Shown in pieces: positions 9,791 to 20,250 of a stretch of 64,000 nucleotides of DNA (the stretch's first letter is position 1; every line of letters begins with the position of its first letter). The notes below the pieces were generated by a model. That model had not been told where the DNA came from and did not search any database. It saw nothing but the letters and a program-made list of their open reading frames with translations. A program made the translations under genes and the position numbers. The stretch lies in assembly GCA_038874355.1 (NCBI GenBank), contig JAVZCO010000001.1, positions 231,637 to 295,636 on the forward strand, in the 5' to 3' direction. This stretch comes from Candidatus Pacearchaeota archaeon (GTDB lineage Archaea; Nanobdellota; Nanobdellia; Pacearchaeales; GW2011-AR1).

Positions 9791-10771
9791 ATGAAAAATT
9801 TAATAGAAAAAATAAAAAATTTTAAATCAAAAAAGATATTAGTAATAGGAGATTTAATTTTAGATGAATATATAGAAGGGTATTCAGAAAGATTATCTCC
9901 AGAAGCACCAGTTCCGGTAATTAATTTTCAAAAACAAGTTTATTGTTTAGGAGGAGCTGGAAATACTTCTTTGAATATAAAAAAATTAAATTCAGAACCA
10001 ATTCTAATCGGGGTGTTGGGAAATGATAAAGAAAGCAAAATTTTTAAGAATTTATTAGAAAATAATGAAATAAAATATAATTATATCCTAACTTCAAAAA
10101 ATAATAGGACTATAAATAAAGAAAGGATTATTTCTAATAATCAACAAATATGTAGAATAGACAAAAATGATAAAATAATTTTGTCAAAAAAAGAAGAAAA
10201 ATATTTGATTAATTCATTTTATGATAATTTAGATTCAGATGTCATTGTTATTTCTGATTATGGAAAAGGAACTGTGACAAAATATTTACTAAAAGTAATA
10301 ATTGAGGAAGGTAATAAAACAAAAAAAACAATAATAATAGATCCTAAACCAAAAAATACTTTATATTATAAAAATGCTTCCTTTATAACTCCAAATTATA
10401 AAGAAGCACAAGAGATGTTGAAATTGAATTTTCAATTTAATTTGCAAAATGCCGAGATATTAGCAGAAAAATTATATAGATTTCTTAATTCTAATGTTTT
10501 ATTAACTCTTTCAGAAAATGGAATTTATTATTATTCTAAAAAATTAAAAAAACATTTTCCTACACACAAAAGAGAAGTTAGAGACGTTTCTGGTGCAGGA
10601 GATGTAGTTGTGGCATCTTTAGCTGTTGGTATTGCAAATAAATTAAAGATAAAAGATTCAATTTTTTTGGCAAATCATGCAGCAGGAGTTAAAGTTCAAA
10701 AATATGGAGTACAACCAGTTTCTTTAGAAGAAGTAATTTATGATATAAAACTTTATAATAATATAAAATAA
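9791..10771 (+). CDS. PfkB-family sugar kinase, RfaE/HldE domain-I-like (D-glycero-D-manno-heptose 7-phosphate kinase)
   Basis: N-terminus ILVIGDLILDEYIEGYSERLSPEAPVPV matches the RfaE domain I signature. C-terminal GAGD motif. No adenylyltransferase domain. Confidence 0.6.
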   Translation: MKNLIEKIKNFKSKKILVIGDLILDEYIEGYSERLSPEAPVPVINFQKQVYCLGGAGNTSLNIKKLNSEPILIGVLGNDKESKIFKNLLENNEIKYNYILTSKNNRTINKERIISNNQQICRIDKNDKIILSKKEEKYLINSFYDNLDSDVIVISDYGKGTVTKYLLKVIIEEGNKTKKTIIIDPKPKNTLYYKNASFITPNYKEAQEMLKLNFQFNLQNAEILAEKLYRFLNSNVLLTLSENGIYYYSKKLKKHFPTHKREVRDVSGAGDVVVASLAVGIANKLKIKDSIFLANHAAGVKVQKYGVQPVSLEEVIYDIKLYNNIK

Positions 10772-10848
10772 TTTTTCTTTACCCTTAGAAATTTATTTGC
10801 AATTAATAAAATAAAAAAGAATAAAAACTATATTTTCTTTTCTTTTTT

Positions 10849-12399
10849 ATGAAAGAAGAAATTAAAGAAGAAAAAGAAGATAAAGCAGAAAATAAGGAAA
10901 AAAAATTAAAAAAAGAAAAAATAAAGGTTTGGTTAAAAGATCCTTATAACCTTGCATTTTTAATAATTCTTTTATTTGCTTTTTCCTTGCGTTTATATTA
11001 TTTCTTTCTAACAAGAAATCAGCCTTTATGGTGGGATGAGGCAGAATATATGTTAAAAGCTAAAAATATAGCATTTAATACTCCAGATACTGGATGGTGG
11101 TATGGAAGACCTATATTATTTCCATTAATTTCTGCCTTTTTTTTTAAATTAGGATTTAATGAAGTTGGAATTAGATTTTTATTTGTTCTAATATCTACTC
11201 TAAATGTTTTTTTTATTTATACCATAGGAAAAATTTTATTTAATAAAAGAGTAGGTTTAATCTCATCATTATTAATATCTTTTTCTTATATAGACTTATT
11301 TTATACTAACAGATTATTAGTCAATCTTCCAGAAATCTTTTTTTCACTTTTTGTTTACTTTCTATTTTTAGAAACAGAATTTTATAACAAATCTAAAAAA
11401 TTAATATATTTTATATTTCCTTTAATTATTATTGGAACATTAATTAGGTTTACAATTGGTCTTATTGTAATAATCTTATTCTTTTATTTCATATTTACTA
11501 ATCATTTTAAATTTTTTAAAATTCGTGAATGGTATATCTCTATCTTTCTTGGGATTCTTTTATTTTTACCATATGCTATTTATTCTTATATTAAATATAA
11601 TAATCCGTTTTATGTAATAATATCTGTATTAATTGGTAGTACTAAAGATAGAGCAATAGGAGATACTCCAATAAAGGTATTTATAGATTATATAAAATAT
11701 CTACCTAATTATACTAACATTTTATTATTCATTTTTTTCTTAATAGGATTTTTTCTTTTGTTATTGGAGATTATTTTAGGATTTGATAAAATAAAAGAAA
11801 GTAAAAAACTTAAAAAATATCTTTGGCTTTTTTTAGCCTTTATTATTCCATTAATTTATTTTGGTTTTTTTGTTAATCATTTTGAAGATAGATATTTAGC
11901 TATTGCTTTACCTTGTATTTTTATCTTAACTTCAAAAGGAATAGAAAATACATATTCTTTTATAAAAAAATATCTAGGAAAATTTTTTTCTATATTAATT
12001 ATTTTAGCAATTTTATTATTTGGAATATACCAAATGTATAATCATTCAAATGAGATAATAAGAATAAAATTAAATTCATATCAAGACTTAAAATTTGCTG
12101 GTTTGTGGATAAAAGAAAACTCCAATCCTGATGATATTATAATTTCTACAGCTATTCCTCAAATAACTTATTATAGTGAAAGAGCAACTTATAACTTTCC
12201 AGAAAATGAAAGCAAATTTTTATCATTTCTAGAAGAGAAAAAACCAAAGTATATGATTTTATCAATTTGGGAAAAATCCCCTCCTTGGGCTTATGTTTGG
12301 CCAGAAAATAATTCTGATAAAGTTAGGATAATACAAGTTTATTTTTTAGATAAAGAAAAAAAACAAGTTTCAACTATAATTTATGAAATTATTTACTAA
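10849..12399 (+). CDS. GT-C fold membrane glycosyltransferase (ArnT/PMT-like, GT39/GT83-type)
   Basis: 516 aa, about 11 TM helices and a soluble C-terminal domain. KE-rich N-terminal tail. Typical dolichyl-phosphate-sugar-dependent GT topology. Confidence 0.5.
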   Translation: MKEEIKEEKEDKAENKEKKLKKEKIKVWLKDPYNLAFLIILLFAFSLRLYYFFLTRNQPLWWDEAEYMLKAKNIAFNTPDTGWWYGRPILFPLISAFFFKLGFNEVGIRFLFVLISTLNVFFIYTIGKILFNKRVGLISSLLISFSYIDLFYTNRLLVNLPEIFFSLFVYFLFLETEFYNKSKKLIYFIFPLIIIGTLIRFTIGLIVIILFFYFIFTNHFKFFKIREWYISIFLGILLFLPYAIYSYIKYNNPFYVIISVLIGSTKDRAIGDTPIKVFIDYIKYLPNYTNILLFIFFLIGFFLLLLEIILGFDKIKESKKLKKYLWLFLAFIIPLIYFGFFVNHFEDRYLAIALPCIFILTSKGIENTYSFIKKYLGKFFSILIILAILLFGIYQMYNHSNEIIRIKLNSYQDLKFAGLWIKENSNPDDIIISTAIPQITYYSERATYNFPENESKFLSFLEEKKPKYMILSIWEKSPPWAYVWPENNSDKVRIIQVYFLDKEKKQVSTIIYEIIY

Positions 12400-13085
12400 A
12401 ATTTTTGGTATGCTTGATAAATTTCAGTAAATGCATTTTCATTAAAAGTAGGTATCTTAAAAATAAATCTTCTTTTAAAAATTTTAATAAATAAGCCATT
12501 GATAGAGAAAGGATCTAAACCACCTTTCAAAATAAGTTTTATATCTTTAATATTATTTTTTGTTTTTTGAAATAATTTATTGTGAGTATAATTTTCTTCA
12601 TAACCATGTTTCCAATTCTTCCCATGAAAAAATCTAAATAATTGCCATAAACTGTATCTGCCGGGTACAAAATTTAATATTATTCCATCTTTTTTAGTTA
12701 CCCTAATCATTTCTTTTATTATTCCTTCTGGTTTATGAAAATGTTCTAATAATCCTGCTGAAAAAACAATATCAAAACTTTCATTTTTAAAAGGTAAGTT
12801 AAATGCATTACCAACAAAAGAATTTTTTAAATCCTTTTTAATTTTATTAATCACAACTTTACTTTTATCTAAACAATATACATCAAATTTTTCTTTTAAT
12901 AAAAGTCTACTATTTGAAGCAAATCCGCATCCCACTTCCAAAATTTTTATTCTTCTTTTATTTTTTTTATTAATTAAATTAATTAACTTCATTAAAACTT
13001 TATGTCTTTCTTCTATTAACCAATTCTCTGCTTCAGAAGGTTTTTCGTATTCTTTCCAAAATTTATTCCATGTTTGTTTCTTCAT
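12396..13085 (-). CDS. class I SAM-dependent methyltransferase
   Basis: ILEVGCGFASNS motif I, DVYCLDKS motif II, FDIVFSAGLLEH. Confidence 0.65.
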   Translation of the reverse strand: MKKQTWNKFWKEYEKPSEAENWLIEERHKVLMKLINLINKKNKRRIKILEVGCGFASNSRLLLKEKFDVYCLDKSKVVINKIKKDLKNSFVGNAFNLPFKNESFDIVFSAGLLEHFHKPEGIIKEMIRVTKKDGIILNFVPGRYSLWQLFRFFHGKNWKHGYEENYTHNKLFQKTKNNIKDIKLILKGGLDPFSINGLFIKIFKRRFIFKIPTFNENAFTEIYQAYQKF

Positions 13086-13086
13086 T

Positions 13087-14160
13087 TTATATTTTTTTCA
13101 TTATTTCTAAAAATTTATTTGCAGATTTTTTCCAAGAAAAATTTTTTGCCCATTTTATTGCATTTTTTTCTAATTTTTTTCTTAATTTTTTATTTTCTAT
13201 TAATAGTTTAATTTTTCCTGCAAGTTCTTTATAATTTCCATATTCAAATAATAAGCCTGTTTTATTATTTATTATGGAATCTTTAATTCCATTAACATTA
13301 CTTCCTATTACTACTGTTCCACAAGCATTTGCTTCTATATTAGTTATACTCCATCCTTCAATCATACTTGGATTTATAACAATCCATGCTTTTTGTAATC
13401 TTTTTATTTTTTCTTCTTCATCTATAAATCCTTTAAAAATAACATTTTTTAATTTTAATTCTCTTGTTATTTTTTTTAATCTTTTTTCATCATCTCCACT
13501 TCCTAATATATATGTAGTTAAATTTTCTTTTTTTAATAAACTTAAAGCTTTTAATAAAATATCAACACTTTTATATTTTTTTAGTCTACCTATAAAAACT
13601 ATTTCGGGATTTTTTGCTTTTTTCCCAGGAATATACTTATTTAGGTTTACCCCGTTGTATATAATTTCAGCTTCTTTTTTGAATAATTTTTTTATTTCTT
13701 CATTGCTACTATAAGATACAGTAATTATTCTTACATTTTTATATACTAATGGCATCAATTTCATTTCTAAAAAATATCCTATTAAAGATAAAGGAAATTT
13801 TTTTTCTTTTTTCCAAACATCTTTATGTATATGGTGAATAATTAATATTTTCTTTTTTTTAGCAAAAAGAGGAGTAAAAAAAGGAATTCCATTTTCAGCA
13901 TCTATTATAATATCAAAATTTTTTCTTATTTTTAAATACATTAATGGTGCAAGAAAATATAAACTAAAAGAATTTCCAATTCTTATAAATTCAATTCCAT
14001 CAATAATTTCTCTTTTTTTACAATTTTTAAAACCTCCACAAATCCAACTAACTTTATGTCCTTTTTTTGTCCATATTTTTGCTTGCTCATTTAAATAAAG
14101 TTCTGCTCCCCCAGCTTGTGGGTTTTTTAAATCCCTCCAATTAAAAATTAAAATTCTCAT
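13087..14160 (-). CDS. glycosyltransferase family 4
   Basis: MRILIFNWRDLKNPQAGGAELY N-terminus. C-terminal E...E (NPSMIEGWSITNIEANACG) motif. Confidence 0.7.
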   Translation of the reverse strand: MRILIFNWRDLKNPQAGGAELYLNEQAKIWTKKGHKVSWICGGFKNCKKREIIDGIEFIRIGNSFSLYFLAPLMYLKIRKNFDIIIDAENGIPFFTPLFAKKKKILIIHHIHKDVWKKEKKFPLSLIGYFLEMKLMPLVYKNVRIITVSYSSNEEIKKLFKKEAEIIYNGVNLNKYIPGKKAKNPEIVFIGRLKKYKSVDILLKALSLLKKENLTTYILGSGDDEKRLKKITRELKLKNVIFKGFIDEEEKIKRLQKAWIVINPSMIEGWSITNIEANACGTVVIGSNVNGIKDSIINNKTGLLFEYGNYKELAGKIKLLIENKKLRKKLEKNAIKWAKNFSWKKSANKFLEIMKKI

Positions 14161-14945
14161 TTTAATTTTCTATATATAAATCCTCCAATAGGTTTTAATA
14201 TTTTATAAAATATTTTTGCTTTTGAATTTAAAATTCTTAATTGAATAATTGCAAAAAACATTTGTAAGCTAGCTTTTTTTAAATTTATCTTGCTATATTT
14301 TTTATCTGCCCAAATTGTAAAATGCTCTTTAATTTTAAATCCTGATTTTTGTATTTTATACAACAAGTCAACGTCAAAAGCCCATTCGGTTATTCCAATT
14401 TGTGGTAAAATTTTTTCTATAACTTTTCTTTTAAATATTTTTGCTCCACACTGAGTATCTTTATAAGGCAATAAAAACAAAAATCTTACTAAAAAATTAA
14501 AAATTCTTGAAACGATTATTCTTTGTATAGATTGTTTTGGTTTAACAATCGATCCTTTAACATATCTACTAGCAATAATTCCATCATAATCGTTGATATT
14601 TTTTAATAACTTATAATATTCTTCTGCAGATGTTGAAGCATCCGCATCCACAAAACCTATAAAAAAATTTTTTTTATCTTTCAAAGCTTCTTTAAATCCT
14701 TCAATAATCGCAAAACCTTTACCGCCTTGTTTAAAATTTAAGTATTTTAATTCTTTATATTGTTTTTGATAATTTTTAACTATATCTTCTGTTCTGTCAG
14801 TTGTGTTATTTATTACAACAATAATTTCAAAATCAATTTCTTTATTTTTTTTCTTTTCCTGAAAAAAAGAACAATATTCTTTTAATGTTTTACTTATTCT
14901 TTTTTCTTCATTATATGCAGGAATTATTATACTCAACTTTTTCAT
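14157..14945 (-). CDS. GT2 glycosyltransferase, dolichyl-phosphate sugar synthase-like (Dpm1/AglD-like)
   Basis: LSIIIPAYNEEKRI, VDADAS (DxD) and QCGAK motifs. Confidence 0.65.
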   Translation of the reverse strand: MKKLSIIIPAYNEEKRISKTLKEYCSFFQEKKKNKEIDFEIIVVINNTTDRTEDIVKNYQKQYKELKYLNFKQGGKGFAIIEGFKEALKDKKNFFIGFVDADASTSAEEYYKLLKNINDYDGIIASRYVKGSIVKPKQSIQRIIVSRIFNFLVRFLFLLPYKDTQCGAKIFKRKVIEKILPQIGITEWAFDVDLLYKIQKSGFKIKEHFTIWADKKYSKINLKKASLQMFFAIIQLRILNSKAKIFYKILKPIGGFIYRKLK

Positions 14946-15010
14946 TTTTTTACTACTATTATTCTTTATTATCTAATTTAAATATATTACTAAAATATCA
15001 AAAAATAAAA

Positions 15011-16252
15011 CTATTTTCTTATTAAATAAATTAAACTATAAACAAAAATTAAAAAACAACAAAATAGAATTATTAATGAAAATTGGAAAATATTATAGTG
15101 AAATAAATTTAATAATAAGATAAATAAAAATAATATAAAAATAGTGAAAAAAGGAAATCTTTTTATTTTATTTATAGAAAAAAGATATAAAAAAATTATA
15201 TAAGAGAAAGATAAAAAAACAAAAGAAATTCCTAAAATAAATAAAATATTTGATGCTTCTAAATACTTATTAGAACCTAAAGATAATATTTTAATAATTT
15301 GTTTAGGAACAAAAAAATAAAGAGAAAGAATAACAAAAGAGATTAATAAATTTAATAAAATTGCCTTCTTAAATAAGTTTTTAGTTTGTTTTTTTCCATT
15401 AAATTTTTCTAAACTTAAAGGAAACATTACTTTTCCTATTGAAAAGCCTATAAAAAGATTAATTTTTCCTACTAAAGAAACAAAAGAATATTGACCAGAT
15501 AAAGTCGGATCAAAAAATTTTCTAGCAAATAAAACATCCAAGCTGTAAAAAATAGTAATTATCATTGTAATTAAAAGAATTATACAATTATCAAAGTTAT
15601 TATTCCTTATTTCTGCTTTATCTTCTTTTTTTAATAAAATATCTTTAATGAATAAAAAACCTAAAAGAAAAGAAAGGAAAGAAGATAAAATTACAGCAGT
15701 TATTGCTCCATAAACTTTTAATCCAAAATACAAAAAAATAGAAGTTAATATTATTTTTATTAATCCTTCGCTGATAATATTAAATCCTAATAGGTCAAAT
15801 TTCTTCTTTCCTTGTAAAATACCTCTAATTACAGGAGTAATAAAGCTAATAAAAATAAAAATACCAGTTAAAAAAAGCAATAAAAAATTTATCTTTAAGT
15901 TATAAGATAAAAATAAAGAAATAAATAAAAAACAAATAAAAAAGACAAAGGCAAAAAAAAGACATTTTTTTAAAATCTTTTTTAATAAATTTTTTATTTT
16001 TCCATCATTCTTTTTATTGAAAAAACTAACATTTTTAGTTATTATTGTTTGTATAGATTCTGAAGGTATACTAAAAATATAAATCAAAGCCATTAAAGAA
16101 GCCAAAATACCATAATCAGCAGCATCTAACATTCTCGCACTTAACATATGAAAAAAATAATTAAACAGATTAAAAATAAAAATTGAAAAAATTAATAAAA
16201 AACTTCCTTTTAATAATTCATCTTTCTTTAAATTTTTTATCTTATTAAACAT
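15011..16252 (-). CDS. polytopic membrane protein, Wzx/MOP flippase-like
   Basis: 413 aa, about 12 TM helices, in the glycan cluster. Confidence 0.45.
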   Translation of the reverse strand: MFNKIKNLKKDELLKGSFLLIFSIFIFNLFNYFFHMLSARMLDAADYGILASLMALIYIFSIPSESIQTIITKNVSFFNKKNDGKIKNLLKKILKKCLFFAFVFFICFLFISLFLSYNLKINFLLLFLTGIFIFISFITPVIRGILQGKKKFDLLGFNIISEGLIKIILTSIFLYFGLKVYGAITAVILSSFLSFLLGFLFIKDILLKKEDKAEIRNNNFDNCIILLITMIITIFYSLDVLFARKFFDPTLSGQYSFVSLVGKINLFIGFSIGKVMFPLSLEKFNGKKQTKNLFKKAILLNLLISFVILSLYFFVPKQIIKILSLGSNKYLEASNILFILGISFVFLSFSYIIFLYLFSINKIKRFPFFTIFILFLFILLLNLFHYNIFQFSLIILFCCFLIFVYSLIYLIRK

Positions 16253-16264
16253 TTTAAAAAATCT

Positions 16265-17248
16265 TTAACCAAAAATGTGATTCCTAAAAATTATAAAAGC
16301 AATAATTATAATTATTATTTGAAATATATTTATAGCTAAAACAACATCTCTTTCATAAACTTTTTTACTTGGTTTTATTTTTTTCAATAAAATTATAGCT
16401 AAATGATTTAAACTATAAATTTTATCATATAATAAATCTAGACTATTATCTTTTTTTGGCTTACCAAAAGATTGTTTTTCTAAATTTCCTCTTAATTTTA
16501 AAAATACTTCTATAAAATAAGGAATAAAAATAAATAAAGCAAATTTTTCTAATCTGCTTAAAATAGCGATTATTGCTATTAATCCGCCAACCGAATAAGT
16601 TAAAATATCTCCTGGAAAAATTTTTGCAGGGTATTTATTATAGAATAAAAATGCAATAAGAGAAGATATCATTGTTAATGCTATTAACGAAACCCATCTT
16701 ACATTAGTAAAATAAGAAGCAATAGCTAAAGCTCCTAGAAGAAGTATTCCTTGTCTTGCTTCTAGTCCATTCATTCCAGCTAAAAAATTAAAAGTTGTAG
16801 CACATCCAGTTATACCTATCGGAACAATAAATAATAAATAAAAAAAACCATATCCATTTTTTATATTAATAACCATTAGAGGTATTGCAGAAATAATACA
16901 TAAAAAAATCCTTATTCTTTTACTTAATCCTTTCCTATGCCAACCCAATAAATCATCTATTAAACCAGTCATTCCCAATAATAAAATAGATGTTAATAGT
17001 GCTAATATTTCTATAACATTTTCTGTAGTTTTAAAATAAAAAGTTTTTATTGCTACATATAATAAAGTGGAAATAACAAAAACAAATAGAACTATAATAC
17101 CACCAGAACCAGCAACATATACTTCTTTATTTTTATTACAATCTTTCCATTTTAAACCTATTTCATGAGCTTTTTTTATCCATTTTGGAAGAATAATTAA
17201 AGTTAAAAAAAAACTTAACATAACAGGAAATAAAATTAGATATTCCAT
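16265..17248 (-). CDS. polyprenyl-phosphate HexNAc-1-phosphate transferase (MraY/WecA/Alg7 family; AglH-like)
   Basis: 327 aa with about 10 TM helices and WecA-like loop motifs (NxxNxxDGIDGL-like LIDDLLG). Confidence 0.5.
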   Translation of the reverse strand: MEYLILFPVMLSFFLTLIILPKWIKKAHEIGLKWKDCNKNKEVYVAGSGGIIVLFVFVISTLLYVAIKTFYFKTTENVIEILALLTSILLLGMTGLIDDLLGWHRKGLSKRIRIFLCIISAIPLMVINIKNGYGFFYLLFIVPIGITGCATTFNFLAGMNGLEARQGILLLGALAIASYFTNVRWVSLIALTMISSLIAFLFYNKYPAKIFPGDILTYSVGGLIAIIAILSRLEKFALFIFIPYFIEVFLKLRGNLEKQSFGKPKKDNSLDLLYDKIYSLNHLAIILLKKIKPSKKVYERDVVLAINIFQIIIIIIAFIIFRNHIFG

Positions 17249-17249
17249 T

Positions 17250-20012
17250 TTAAAAATTCCAGGTTATTTCAGGTGGTTGAGAAGTTCTTAAATAAGTTTC
17301 ATTTATCTTTTCATCTCCGTTATAATTTATTTTCCATATCTTTATTGGCCCTCTTATTCCATAATAATAAATAAAATCTCCAACATAAATATCAGAATTT
17401 TGTCTTAAATAACTAACTAAAAGATCATCTTCTTTATGTACTAATTCAAAATTATCAAATCTATTAAAAGGATCATTCAAAATATATTTTTGAGCAAAAA
17501 AAGTCCTCATAACTCTAGGAGACAAATATATTCCAGCTCCAATTTCTTCCATTTTAATATTACCTGTTTCAGTTTGATAAAATTCTTGTATTAACACAAA
17601 ACCTCCTTCTAATCCAGATTTAAAATCTAATATTTCATCTTTATAAAATATATACCTTAAAGGAATTTTATACTGTTTTCCTTGGTAATAATAAATTACT
17701 ATCGGTTGTTTAAATGATATTATGGTATTATTACTTTTAATACTTTCTAATATTATACCTATAATATAGGCATTAAATTTTATATTATCTTTAGAATCAG
17801 AATAAACACCAGGAATAAAAATTTTATTATTATTCTCTTGGTAATTAATGTCGTCTTCTACTATACCATTTAAGTAATAATAAATAATTGTTCCATTTTT
17901 CGTTTCTTGTATGTTCTTTTTATCTGCTAAAGCAATTAAGGGCCCATAAGAGAATCTATCATAATTTTTATCACTACCAATTTTTGAAAAAGCCCCATAT
18001 TTTCCAATATCAGTAGAATCTATAAGAAGATAAGTTGCATTGTGGTTGTATAAAAATTCTAACGCTTCTTTTTCATTGTTTCCTGTTAAAACATATCTTC
18101 CTGTTAAATAATTCCACCAAACTATAGCATTACCCCCATCAGTTACAGTAGCTCGATTTCCCATTGACTGCGTCCAATATCCATAATCCCACCAATGAGC
18201 AAAAACAGCATTTTCCGATGTATTTTCTCTTACCCATTTCATTGCAAGTTGCCATTGATATCTATAAGAATCTGGAACATAATTATATGCCTGTTTTTTA
18301 CTTTCTTTTAAAAAACTAATAAAAGCAAAAAAGCTTAAATAAAAAATTAAAATAAATAACAACATATAAAGTATTTTAGAATCTTTTTTTGAATTTAAAA
18401 CTTTATCAAATGTCTCTGTTATTAAATAAGCAACAAAAATAACAGCGACGGGAGCTAATGTCATAATTAATCTTACTGCACTTCTTGCCGTAAATAAACA
18501 TAAAATAAAAAAAGAAAACAAAAATATATAATTAAATTTTATTTTTTCAAATGCATTATTTTTTTCTTTATAATACTTTGTATAATAATATAGTAAAAAA
18601 CTTATTAATAATAAAGAAGAAGAATAATAAAATAATTTACTTATAAAATTAGTTCCATTAAAAATACTATCTTCAGAATAGCGAGAAAATATTAATCCAA
18701 TTAAAAAGAAAATATAGAATAAAGTTAAAATATTTCTATCTCTTTTCTTTAGATTCCCTATTACATTATAAAATAATAATATAGATCCTATAAAAAATAA
18801 CCAAAATATTATAGGAAATTTTCCTATGATAGGACCAAATTCATTAGCCCATTCATTAAAATAAGGCTGTCTATTTTCTGCAACTGTTGTAGACCATCTC
18901 CCTGTTATAGGATTAAATAATATATGATTTAAAGCATCTATTTTTTCAATAATAAAAGAAAATCCGAAAAAAATAATGATAATAATTAAAATTAAAATAA
19001 AAGAGATTATTAAAGAAAATAAATTTTTAGGTATTTTTATTTCTCTTATTTTTTTTTCTAAAGGGGTTTTCCATAAAATAAAATGAATACAAAGGATAAA
19101 AAAAATAATAAAAGATAATCCACTATCCAGAGAAGTCAATAATCCTTTCAAAGAATATTTTTTTGAAAAAATTAAAAGAAACATATAAGAAAAGATAATC
19201 CAAAGACTATAAACAATAAATTCTTTTTTTTCAATTTTGTTTAATATAAAGGAAATAAAAATAAATATAGAAATAGTAGTAAAAATATATATTACTCCTC
19301 CCCAAATCAATCCCATTATAGAAGTAGATATTCCAGATAATATACCAAATATTATGTAACTATATCCCTTATTAGATCTTAATGCTCTTAGAAAGAGGAA
19401 AAAACTAAGAAACATAAATAAAAATCCAGCAGATTCTTTTTCTGGAATTCCAGCTATGGTTCTTGGTAAAAGAACAGGAATTACAATCATAAAAAATGTA
19501 GAGATTAATGCAATAATATCAGCTTTTTTATCTTTTTTATTAATTAAAAAAATCTCTCTCACAAAAAAGAAAAAGACAATAATTGTAAAAAAAAACATAA
19601 TAACAGGAAATACAACAGCAGCATATTCTACATTTATATCTTTAAATTTGCTTATAAAAAAATAGGTCCAACTTATCATGTAAGGAAGTAATCTCGTTTC
19701 TTCTCTAGTATCAAATCCTAAAGGAACATATCTCATTTCATCATGAATTGGTAAATATCCGTTATTATTAACTATAGTTTTAGCATATCTTAAAAAAAGA
19801 AAAGGATCTAAATCAGGTCCTAATGTCCAAGTATTTGTTGTTATATCCCACAAACCAGGTTTTCCATTATGATCTTTCATAGGTAAACTTCTAATATAAA
19901 TTCCTAAAATTATAGCAATTAATAAGAAAAAAATAATTAGAAACTTACCATTCTTTAAAAAATTAATTAACCTCTTTTTTCTTTCTTCAATAATTTTTTC
20001 TTCTTCATTCAT
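17250..20012 (-). CDS. aglB: oligosaccharyltransferase AglB (STT3 family)
   Basis: 920 aa, N-terminal 13-TM domain plus a C-terminal soluble domain carrying the diagnostic WWDYGYW motif (FAHWWDYGYWTQ). Confidence 0.85.
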   Translation of the reverse strand: MNEEEKIIEERKKRLINFLKNGKFLIIFFLLIAIILGIYIRSLPMKDHNGKPGLWDITTNTWTLGPDLDPFLFLRYAKTIVNNNGYLPIHDEMRYVPLGFDTREETRLLPYMISWTYFFISKFKDINVEYAAVVFPVIMFFFTIIVFFFFVREIFLINKKDKKADIIALISTFFMIVIPVLLPRTIAGIPEKESAGFLFMFLSFFLFLRALRSNKGYSYIIFGILSGISTSIMGLIWGGVIYIFTTISIFIFISFILNKIEKKEFIVYSLWIIFSYMFLLIFSKKYSLKGLLTSLDSGLSFIIFFILCIHFILWKTPLEKKIREIKIPKNLFSLIISFILILIIIIIFFGFSFIIEKIDALNHILFNPITGRWSTTVAENRQPYFNEWANEFGPIIGKFPIIFWLFFIGSILLFYNVIGNLKKRDRNILTLFYIFFLIGLIFSRYSEDSIFNGTNFISKLFYYSSSLLLISFLLYYYTKYYKEKNNAFEKIKFNYIFLFSFFILCLFTARSAVRLIMTLAPVAVIFVAYLITETFDKVLNSKKDSKILYMLLFILIFYLSFFAFISFLKESKKQAYNYVPDSYRYQWQLAMKWVRENTSENAVFAHWWDYGYWTQSMGNRATVTDGGNAIVWWNYLTGRYVLTGNNEKEALEFLYNHNATYLLIDSTDIGKYGAFSKIGSDKNYDRFSYGPLIALADKKNIQETKNGTIIYYYLNGIVEDDINYQENNNKIFIPGVYSDSKDNIKFNAYIIGIILESIKSNNTIISFKQPIVIYYYQGKQYKIPLRYIFYKDEILDFKSGLEGGFVLIQEFYQTETGNIKMEEIGAGIYLSPRVMRTFFAQKYILNDPFNRFDNFELVHKEDDLLVSYLRQNSDIYVGDFIYYYGIRGPIKIWKINYNGDEKINETYLRTSQPPEITWNF

Positions 20013-20063
20013 TTTTATATTCCTATTTAAGATATCTTTTATTTATTTCAATTAATTTTTATT

Positions 20064-20201
20064 TTACTCTTCCAATCCTTCTAATAATTCTTCTGCTGTT
20101 TCTTCTTCTTTAATAGAAGATTCACCACAATAAGGGCATTTTAAAGGTTTTTTTTCTCTTTCAAATCTGTAGTTACAGGATTTGCATACAAATCTTCCCA
20201 T
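20064..20201 (-). CDS. small zinc-ribbon protein (45 aa)
   Basis: MGRFVCKSCNYRFEREKKPLKCPYCGESS... has two CxxC pairs. Missing from the ORF track because it is short. Confidence 0.3.
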   Translation of the reverse strand: MGRFVCKSCNYRFEREKKPLKCPYCGESSIKEEETAEELLEGLEE

Positions 20202-20250
20202 TCTTATCAAAAATTTTTTTAATATTTAAATTTAATTATTAATCAATTTG

